Below are positions 1 through 10,490 of a DNA stretch of 64,000 nt, piece by piece. Origin of the DNA: Lama guanicoe (taxonomy: Eukaryota); the NCBI GenBank assembly GCA_013239625.1, contig MU053588.1:2614508-2678507 (forward strand), in the 5' to 3' direction. Numbering within the stretch: the stretch's first letter is position 1; every line of letters starts with the position of its first letter. A model generated the notes under the pieces. It searched no databases, had not been told where the DNA came from, and worked only from the letters and a program-made list of their open reading frames with translations. Made by a program: the position numbers and the translations under genes.

Positions 1-170
1 TGGCTGCCTTCTCCCCATATCCTCCTCCTATACGGGCACTAATCTCATGATAGGGGCTCCACCCTCATGACCTCTTCCTAAACTTAATTTCCTCCCCAAA
101 GCTTCATCTTCTAATACGAATCACATTGAGGGTTAGGGCTTTAACCTATTCATTTTGAGGGGACAAAAAT
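1..170 (-). mobile_element. MaLR (MLT1-type) LTR fragment
   Basis: Characteristic 'ggggctccaccctcatgacct...tcacattgagggttagggctttaacctat' segment, recognised by similarity. Confidence 0.6.
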
Positions 171-334
171 GGTACACCATCTTTATTTTCCAGTTAATCA
201 CTTGAGATCACACATGCCCATGTTAGCAAGAATCCAGCGTTTACCTCTTTTTCCCAAATTGTCCAGGAATCCAGGCGTTCATTCTCAAAGGTGTCAGTTA
301 GATCCTAGAAGCGAGGCAAAGCAAAAAAAAAAAA

Positions 335-410
335 NNNNNNNNNNNNNNNNNNNNNNNNNNNNNNNNNNNNNNNNNNNNNNNNNNNNNNNNNNNNNNNNNN
401 NNNNNNNNNN
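335..410. other. Assembly gap (76 N) flanked by poly-A
   Basis: Run of n between A tracts. Confidence 0.99.
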
Positions 411-2913
411 AAAAAAAAAAAAAAAAAAGTGGGATTGTCCCATGTATTCACATCTGCCTTCACTCCTAAAGAGTCTGCGAATTGGGTACCACTAGGGAAG
501 TGTCCCCTCTTGTTGCATCCATCAGGCCCCAGCAGGGTGTAGATGGCACACTCACAGGGCTTAACCAAAGGAGGTTAATGGTGAGACTGTCTACAGATGG
601 ATAAGTAGGGCTTGGGGAACCACCAAAGGCCAGTGATGTGCTCTGGGGAGTGAATACCAGAAAGCGGGATCATTGGGGTCACCTTGGTGTCTGGCTACCA
701 CAGCACCCTTTTGTCCACCAGCCATCGTCCTGCATCTGGCCTGCAATTTGGAGATGGTGGCCAGAACTCCAAGAGCTGTCTTGAGCCATGGGGTGACCCT
801 GAGAATTGTATCAGAGTTCCATCAGGAAAGAGAACTCCATGAGGATTATGGAATAAGAAATTCATTATAGGTGTTAGATCTTACACAGTGGTGGGAGGGG
901 ACAGGAAGATAAAGATTTGAACAGGGAATCAAAGAATCAGAGAAGGGGCACTAACCAGTCCTGGCAGGGATGAGTGAGTCTGAGCTTGCAGAAATCTGGG
1001 TGCTACGCTCACCCACCATTACAGAAAGACTATGAAAGTGCTGAGGAGGAATTTCTCTGGGAGATGGTTGGTTTTGGGGGCTACCTTCTCTGTGAGTTCA
1101 CCATGAAGTACCTGGTAGTGGGCTTGGGGCCACTTTTGATCAGCAGGACCAGCATTCCAGAAGGAGAGATGGATGCAGAAAAATAAGATGGAGGACAGAT
1201 TAGAACCCATCACTGACTCTGCTTCCGACTAAGGACAACCTTCAAACAGCACTGTCCGCTAGCTTCATTCCTGCCTCCCAAATCTTGCACATCATCACGG
1301 CTAATTCTAACCTTGAACCATGTGGGAAAGTGAAACCTGGTGGATAAAGATGCAACATAGGATTGGAAGCCATTTGATAAAAGTGGCAGAGCAGAAAGAA
1401 AGCACTTAAGTCCTAGAAGATTTCATGCTGCTGTCATCCTCGGACTAGCCACCTCAGACATCCTTTACCCGGAAAAGAAATAAGATTTTAAAGTATTCTA
1501 ACCATTCTTGCTTTGTCTGGGTTTTCTTTTTTTTTTTCTTTACATACTGCTGAGCCTAATCCTGACTGATACACTGAGTATTTTTCTAATTTATTCTTTT
1601 TCTTGCCTACATCTGCTCATTTGAAATCCAAAGAATATTAACCAATACAGCCCTATAACATGGTGACAGGAGTCAAAACCAGTAAGAGTCAACAGCACGC
1701 ACTTACTTCACGCCAGGCACTGTATTAAGCACTGGGCATTCCATTTTCACTTAAGTCCCAGAGCAACCCTGGGAGATGGTTTCTATTTTTATCCCCATGT
1801 CACAGAGTGGGAAATAAGGCATAGAGAGCTTGAGTAATAACTTGCCCCAAATCACACAGCTAGGAAGTGGCAAACTGGGATTTAAACATAAGCAGCTTGA
1901 CTCCAAAAGTTCCTGTTTTGTTTTTTAATTGAGGTGAAATTCATATAGAATTAGCCATTTTAGAGTGAATAATTCAGGGATAGTTAGTATTTTCACCGTG
2001 TTGTGCAACCACCACCTCTATTGAGTTCCAAAACATTTTCATCATCCCAAAAGGAAACCCTGTACCCATTACAGGGTCCCTGATCCTGGCAGCCACCAAT
2101 TCACCAGCGATGAAGGTCCTGTGTCACTGCCTAGGTTTTATTTCTTTGTTTCTAATTCTCTCTCTCCCTCTCCCCCTTCCTGTCTCTGACTCTGTCTCTT
2201 CTATCTTTCCCTGTCTGGATCAGTGTGGAATTTCTTCTCCTGCTTGATTCTGGGCACTGCTTGTCCACACAGAGTTCCCATGGAGTGAACAAGCAAATTA
2301 CAGAATGTTGGGAGGTGGAGATCTTGAGTAAAAGCCTCTGATCTTTTGTAAAGGACCTTTGAGACTGAAAAACGATGCTGGCAATTCCATAAAGTGCAAT
2401 TATGAAGTGTATTGCGAGTAACTTACAACCAGGCAGGATCAGACAGATGGATGACCCAGAGGCATTCGCAGCTGCACTCCGAGGTGCCAGAAGGGGAACA
2501 GGGGATTTAAAAGGGCCAAAGCTAAAAATGGAATCTGACTAGCAAGTGAGAAGCACGTCCACTCCGACAGGAACCAGGGCTTTTTCCCTCCCTTGGGAGG
2601 TGGGGTATCTCATGATCATTAACCATCTGCATTAGCAAAAGGCACTTTTCCAGTTTCCACATCAGATGAAGGCAAGAGGAAAGGGGACAGGGAACTTACC
2701 TGGCCTGGGCGCAGTCCTCATGAACAGGCTAAAGCTCAGTCGTGCAGAGAGGGGAGCGGGTAGGACTGGGGGCCTGAGATGGAGCTGACAAAACGGAGTC
2801 AGTGTGGGTCAGCCACACACAGAAGAATCGTCTAGATTTCTTAGCAGTGAGGAAGCTCCTTGGGCAGGGAGAGGAGGGACGGAAGGAGAGAGAAAGAGGT
2901 TTGCTTTGCTCCC

Positions 2914-3018
2914 CGTGATTAAGTCATTACCTTCTTTCACCAAGGTCCCTCCTGCGCAATAGTGGATCCTGGGGGAAGAAGGTAATGACTTAATCACGTT
3001 AAGTCACGTGACTTAACG
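2914..3018. repeat. 85-nt inverted repeat with 23-bp perfect arms, overlapping a 22-bp perfect palindrome with E-box core
   Basis: 2914-2936 is the exact reverse complement of 2976-2998; 2997-3018 cgttaagtcacgtgacttaacg is self-complementary. Confidence 0.95.
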
Positions 3019-3619
3019 ACTTCTTCCTGCTCTATCCCCATTCCTCTTGCAATGATCCCAGTAGGAAAGGGAGGGACCTAGAGCCCCAGAACAGACTTAC
3101 TGTGTGACTTTGGAAAAGTCTCTTCCTTGATATCCGGGCCTCAGTGCTCTGAAATATAAAAAACCAGAAAATGTTTCGATATTAGGATGTTTACTAATGT
3201 AAGTCATCATAAGCACGGATCAAAGGGGAAAACCTATGACCTTTATCACATGCCAGGCGGTGTGCCAGGCGCTGGTGATACGGCAGAGGGCAACACAGTT
3301 GCAACTTCTCTCTGCTTCGGTGACGCTTGTAAGTTGATGCTTCCCCCACCAGCTTGGGCCTCAGCTTGAAAACTCCCAGCTTTCAGTTGGATTCAGGTTT
3401 TACGAATGGATATTCCTGTTTCCAGGTATAATACACATGGTCAAACCAGCTGTGGTGTAGTGAGCTCGCCCACTAAACTGCCGGCGCGTAAAAGATCGTT
3501 TTACTCACTCACTCACTCATTCATTCATTCGTCATCTTCCTCCTCCTCGCTTTCCTCTTCCCACGAGTCTTCCCTCGCATCCTCCCTTGGCCCCATGTCT
3601 GTCTTGCCATCAATTCTCT

Positions 3620-4320
3620 GACACCAACCATGCGTCCTGAAATTCGGTTCCATCCTGACACCAACCTGGAGACTGTCAGATGTGGAGTCTGACTACCTGG
3701 AGTTAGTGTCAGCGTCCACAGGCTTAAAGGCGCCACAAGACGACCCTCACTTCAGGTGCCACCTGAAGGTTTCAGGTGTCCCCAAGCCACCCTCACTTCT
3801 GCCCAGATGGCTACAAATTCAGGACTTCCTACAGAACCTGCATCAATCATTTATTCACTAGAACAACTCACAGCACTCAGGAAAGTACTATACTTAGAAT
3901 TATAGTTTTATTATAAAGGACACAACTCTAAAACAGCCAAATGAGGAAGGAACACAAACAGCAAGGTCAAGAGGGGGATACAGAGCCTCTTTGCCCTTCC
4001 CTTATGGGATCCGGGCACCCTCCCAGCACCTCAATATGTTCACCAACCAGGAAGCTCCAATGAGCCTCGTGGTCAAGATTTTTTTTAAATCAGAGTTTCA
4101 TGATTGATTAAATTGTTGGCCATGTGATTGGACTGAGTCTCCAGCTCCCTCCTATGCCCAGAAGTCAGGCTAGCCCAAAGATCTAAATCCTAATTCTGTG
4201 GTTGGTCTTTCTGGTTGACCAGTCACCATCCTATCTAAGGGCCCACCATGAGTCACCTCATTAGCATAAACAAAGTCCCAGGAACCAGGGACAAAGACCA
4301 GCTATATTTTTTATCATTTA
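3620..4320 (-). mobile_element. MER21-like LTR
   Basis: 'ctacctggagttagtgtcag...cacaagacgaccctcacttcag...cactcaggaaagt...ttattataaaggacacaac' resembles MER21 LTRs; boundaries approximate. Confidence 0.6.
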
Positions 4321-6295
4321 CACCTCATTTCCCCCTATTTAAAATCTGTCCAATCATTTTCCCATGGGGAGACCGAATAAGTAGGAAACAAGGGTCTAAT
4401 TCTTCTCCCTGATCCTGTAGGAGAAGTCAGTCCCACCCCAACTCCATAAGTGTGGAGGGTGGATGTGGTCTGCTGACCTCAAGAGGTGGGAATAAAGGTT
4501 GACTCCTCCTCAAATGTCTCTTCCTCATCCAGGTAGTAGCTGGGAGACTAGGTGCTTAACTTCTCACAGCAGGGAAGTCATGAAGGGCTGAGCTTGGGGT
4601 AAAAGATATCTTGGGGTTGAGAGAAGATTCTAGGAGAGTTAATTACACCAAGGCACCTTCTAAAAAAAACGCTGTGAGAAAACGCAGGTGTATTTGAGTG
4701 AACAAAGGAGTCTCTAATTAGAATAAAGACCTTCATTCTGAGTTTTCTTGGCCCTAACTAGTCTCACCTTGGGGATGGACTATTCCTAAAACTGGGTCTT
4801 TGGGGGACGGTGAGGCACTTCGTCAAGTGGGAGCTACAGGGTCTCTTGATCTCACAAGTAACAGCTTCAGTTCAGATACTCTTTTCTGGGTGGTCAAGTG
4901 TCTGTGGGTGAGCTGGCCGATCACCTTGTAAATCTCTTCCTATACTTCTCCTGGACAAGCTAAGTCTTAGAAAACCTCATTGCAAAGGAGCAGCTTTCCA
5001 ATAAACCCTCAGAAAGGCTGGTGAGTCTGGAAATATTGGTAATGAAGAGTTGAGTCATTTTCATTCCACATCTAATCAGTAGGATCAAAAGCCGTATCTC
5101 AGAGATGCACTATTTAGTGAGACCGTCAAGTGTCATGGGAGTAAAAGTCCTATGTGGGCATTCCTTGGATACCTCATTCCAGGTTATTTTTGTGAGCAAG
5201 CATTTGTGATGGAGAGGGGGAAGCATGCGGAGCCTGAAACCTGTGTTACAAGTTGTGCCCATTGTTGATCTCCTTTGAGATACTGGTTACCCACTTCCTT
5301 TCTTAAATCTTAGTCTCCTAATGTCTGAGATGTGGGACTGGACTAGATAACATCTTTCAGAATCAAGACTAGTTTATGATATTTGCTCACCTCCCAAAGT
5401 TATTTTAAGAGCCAAGTGTAGTGATGACTTCAAAAGTGCTTTGCAGACGGGAAAGTTTATACATAGCCAGTTGCTTGGGAAAAGATTTTGTATGCAGCTC
5501 TCTGTCACTGAAAAGCTATGCTTCAAATTAACTCCGCACCCCTTCTTATTCACTTCCCACCACTGCCAGTTGTGCTCTATCTTCACAGCGCTTATCACTG
5601 GCATCCATTATCTCGCTTGTTTATTTTCTCCCCCAGTTGATGTCAGTGCCAGTAGAATAGGGGTGTCTCCCTTGTTTACTGCTTAATCCCAACCTGAGCA
5701 CCGTGCCTGTTCCATGGAAGGCACTCAGCAGATATTTATCATCTGGATGCTGGAGGATTTTGTAAACTCCCTTCAAGTGCTTTGGAAATTTTTAAGCCGT
5801 CATCAAGATCTGTCCTATTTTGATGAGTCTGAATGTAGAAGTAAAGCCTTTTGTGAATAGCAACTTCCATGTGAACATTCCAAAGGAACTGATATAATAC
5901 ATACTTTGTAATGTGGAAAATCACTTTATAACAATGCACTCTTCTAATGTATTTTGTAGACTGAAAACTTGTTATAAGTTACAAAATGCTTTGTAAACCA
6001 CACAGTGTTTATTTATACTCTATCCTATGTGCATCCTAGAATCTTTGTAACTATTAAAGTGCTTTGTAAATTTCCAAATACTTTAAAAAGTCGAAAGTGT
6101 TCTATAGACAATAAGGAGTTCTGTATTCTGCAAATATACTCTGTAAACATCACAAGGTTTTCCTTAGGGCAAAGGTGTTATTTATTTTTAACGTGAAGTG
6201 GTCCATCTACATGGAATTGTTTTGTAAGTGCAAAGTGCCCTTAGACTATAAAACACTTTATAATTTGGAAAAATAAAGAAATTGCCATATGCTTT

Positions 6296-6741
6296 TGATG
6301 GGGCTCAGGACAGACTACTCCAAAATATGCCACAGTGGCATACTGATTGTTTTGAATCTACTTGAGAAACACTTGGTACAAGAACACTCTGCCCCTCCTT
6401 TATTCCCCTGGCAGCAGGAAACAAAACGCCCCTGGGAAGATGGAGGGTATCCTTATTGCTGGAGATAGGGAATTTGAGGACACGAAAGCTGCATAAACAA
6501 ATTTTGTTATCTCTGCATTAATTTGCTACCCCCCACAAAAACCTCTTTGTTTTGTCAAGTCTTCACAAATAATTGATTCTTTGTCTAAAAAGGTATATAA
6601 ACAGCCTATTTTCATCATTTCTTAGGTCCCATACCTGTGGGGCCTCTGTATGCACAAAATTAAATTTGTTTGTTTCTTTCCTGTTACTTTGTCTTGTGTC
6701 CACTGGATTATTAGTTCGGCCAAAAGAACCTAGAACCAACA
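6296..6741 (+). mobile_element. 5' LTR of the ERV
   Basis: TG...CA termini, colinear with 29535-30044, followed by a PBS-like sequence. Confidence 0.85.
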
Positions 6742-7801
6742 GTTGGCACCATCAGCGGGATATTCACTGGCTGGAAGCTACTTTCTCCCAGGATGCCTGG
6801 AGCTGAGACCCGGGGACAAGTAAAAATTCTTACCACACCAGTCTCCTGGATCTCTCTCTGTGGGGTCCCATGGAAGCAAAAGTGATGGCAGCCCTTTTCT
6901 TTCTTTCTAAATTTAGATTAACAGGAGGAAATATTTGTGGAACCAGTTTCTCAGACATACCAACTCTGGTATTTGGTAAATGAATACTCTTGATTTTTAT
7001 TGATCCTTTCCCTCCCAGAGAGGGTCATTCTTTTTCTTTGTCTCTGTCTTTTGTTTTATTTATGTCTGATGAGAATACTCCTCTGGTCTCTATCAGCCAG
7101 AAGATGTAAATGCCTCAGGCAGGCAGCTGAGTAGGTTGTGGATCCAACTTTGGGAAATCTATAGAAATGGGTGGACTTTTCTTGGTCAGTCACTAATCTG
7201 TTTATAAGAGGGTGGAGGTAACACATGATTCCCTGTGCTTTCAAACGGCTGTTTACAAACCTGCCCTCATAGTTACTGCCTTTGCTTTATTAGGCTAACT
7301 CTGGGAGTAAACTTCCTGCACGTGATGAGGACTGCATCATTTTGAATCTCTTTTGGAGACACCTCTTGTGTCCTTAGTGATGCCATCAAAAGGCTTATTT
7401 GTCTGAGTTACTGTTAAGAAGATCTTATTCGTCAACAGCCAAATTTAGATGATGGAGCCTTTGAATTGGAAAAACTGCTAATAAATTTGAAAAATGAAAT
7501 TTAGAGAGCTTTCATACTGATATGACAGCTAACCATGAAGACTCCCTTAATAACATGGAGGGACAGATATTAGAACAAAAATCAAAGTCTATTCTAAACC
7601 CTTTCCTATTTTCCTTCAGACGTTGGCAGATACTGTAAAAGATCAAGACATCAGAAGTACAATTGTTCCATACTTCAAAAGAAAAAAAGAGGAAAAGATA
7701 ATGATATAACAGGTAGACTGAGGAACCCCTAACAAAATAAAAGGACAAAAAATTAGACTAAAACAAAAATCCAACATAAATGCCCCTTCTTAAAAGCTGC
7801 T

Positions 7802-7961
7802 GGAGGGGGAGGGTAGAGCTCAGTGGTAGAGCACATGCTTAGCACGCACTAAGTCCTGGATTCAATCCCCAATATCTCCATTAAAAAAAAAAAACTAATA
7901 ATAAATAAATAGACCTAAAATAAATAAAATGAAAAATAAATTAAATTAAAAAAAGTTTTTA
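7802..7961 (+). mobile_element. tRNA-Ala-derived SINE (camelid vic-1 type)
   Basis: tRNA-like head with A/B boxes, A-rich tail, TSD aaaagctgct at 7792 and 7962. Confidence 0.88.
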
Positions 7962-8236
7962 AAAAGCTGCTACATCTCCTTAGCAGTTCCTTAGGCCTTC
8001 CTACAGACAATCAGAAAATAAATCAGCTGGAGACCAATATAAAAGGGCTGATAAAAACAACTGTTTTTATCTTGCAAATCTCTTCAAAACCACAAGTACA
8101 ACTCCAGAAACAAGTCAAAGCCCACCTAACTTTACGAGTCCCAGGACCTCACCTCTCCTCTCAAAATGCTTATAGATATTATAAAAGATCAAGATATTAA
8201 AAACAAAAGGGTCCTATACTTTAAAAAAGGAAGAAC

Positions 8237-8386
8237 TTTTTTTACACTTTTTTAAAATGTCTTTTTTTGTGGGGGAGGTAATTAGGTTTATATGTTTATT
8301 TTTAGAGGAGGTGCTGGGGATGGAACCCAGGACCTTGTGCATGCTAAGCCATGTGCTCTACCACTGAGCACTATACCCTCCCCTCT
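8237..8386 (-). mobile_element. tRNA-Ala-derived SINE (vic-1 type)
   Basis: Same family in reverse; TSD aggaagaac at 8228 and 8387. Confidence 0.85.
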
Positions 8387-10490
8387 AGGAAGAACAATTT
8401 TAAACAAAAATTACTCTGAAATTCCTAGGAGAAAACTTGCATGCTTTCTCTGTCCCTTGAATATAAATCTTACCATGTTTTTTGAAATGTAAACACACCA
8501 AGGGGTAATTAAAACTTTGCCTAAACTGAAAAAATAAATAAAAGGAACTATTTGGAAATTGGGTGAGTGAAAAACTTGAGGTTCCAGACAGAGAGTTGGC
8601 CAGCACAGTGGAGCAGGAAGACCCTGAGCTCACTACTCTCACAGGCACTCCAAAATTACAATTATTTACAGAGCAACTATCTGTGAGAGAGACTGGAATC
8701 TAGCAGAAAAGATGTTCTACAGATGAAGTTATAGAGAAGGAACCACAGGCAGAAGGATAAGAGGGGCAGAGATGCAGTATAGTCAAGTCCCAAGGGTGGG
8801 CAACCCACAAATGGGAGGGTGATTACAATTGTAGCGGCTTCCCCCAGGAGCAACAGGTCCAAGGCTCACATGAGGCTCCCAGCCCCGGGGTCCTGCATTG
8901 GGAATACAAGCAACTAGAACGTTTGGCTTTGAAGGCCAGCGAGGCTGTGGGAAATAGAGACTCCACTCTTAAAGGATGCGCACAAAATTTCACAAGCTCC
9001 AGGACCCAGGCATTTGAAAGGAACCTGGGTCAGATTCACCTACTGATCTTAGCCTCCCAGAGAGGCAGGAGGAAACTGCAGCTCACCCTGGGGACACAGA
9101 CATTGGTGGCAGCTGTTTCTGGGAGCTTGCTATACCACGTGGATACGGGTGCTGGCAAGTGTTGTTTTGGAATCCTCCATCTGGATTATTGGCTCCAGGA
9201 CACAGCCCCACTCACCAGCAGGCAGGCTGCCTTAAGATCTCCTGTAGCCACAGCCTCCCCAGGACATGGTCCTGTCCACCAAAGGGCACAAGTATCAGCC
9301 TCACACACCAGTGTGCCAGCACTAGCCCCAGGGCACCTGGGGCCCTGGAGTGAGAGACCAGACGACCGAGCTCCACCCACTGGTGGCAGACACCAGCACC
9401 AGGACTACTGCAACCCCACAGCCTGCTGAGTTGGGACCAAGCCCATTCACCATCAGGAAGGAGCCAGCCCTGAGAACCTGGGTCCCAGCCACACTCATCA
9501 GCAGATCAATACCAGCTCTGAGACAACTTACAGACCCTCAGCAAGCCACCCCAGGGTCTGGCCCCATCTTTGGGGTGCTTCAGGACTCCCCAGATCCTGC
9601 AGCCAGCTGTGTCAGGAACCAGCCCCACCCCACCAGTTGGCTAACACCAGCTCCATTACCCACAAGGCCCTGCTGCCAGAGATCCCAGGACCCAGCTTCA
9701 CCCACCAGGGACCCAGCACTAACCCTGGGATAACCCTGGGCCTCAGCCTCACCCACAAGCAGTCCAACAGCAGCTCTGAGACCCTTGGGCCTTGCAGCCA
9801 GGGACCCCAGAACACGGCTCTGCCCACCAGAGGGCCAGCACTAGCCCCAGTACCTGGCTTCATCTGCCAGTGGGTGGGCATCAACAATGGTCCCCTGTGC
9901 CCTGAGTCATCCTAACAGCGAGCGGACACCAGACCCAGGACAACCGCAACATAACAGCCCACTTTGTCAGAACCGAGCCAACCACCAGAAGACCAGGACC
10001 AGCCCAGGGACCCCCGGGTCATGTCCCTGCCCACCAGCAGGCCACCAGCTCTAGGAAATATATATATATATATATATATAAAACAAGAACTCTCAACAAA
10101 CCAAAGTCCAGGATCAGAGAGCTTCATGGGTGAATTCTACCAAATGTTTAGTGAAGAGTTAACATCTATCTTTCTCAAACTATTCCAAAAAATTGCAGAG
10201 AAACACTTCTTTTTTTTTTCATTTTTTAACTTTTTTATTGATTTATAATCATTTTACAATGTTGTGTCAAATTCCAGTGTTCAGCACAATTTTTCAGTCA
10301 TTCATGGACATATACACACTCATTGTCACATTTTTTTCTCTGTGATTTATCATAACATTTTGTGTATATTTCCCTGTGCTATACAGTGTAATCTTGTTTA
10401 TCTATTCTACAATTTTGAAATCCCAGTCTATCCCTTCCCACCCTCTACCCCCCTGGTAACCACAAGTCTGTATTCTCTGTCCATGAGTCT

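Noticed and set aside
9180..10050. Recurring cccaccag...cagcact units resembling a spaced repeat array
   Set aside because: Degenerate internal repeats of an L1 5'UTR; no identical repeats with unique spacers, so not CRISPR-like
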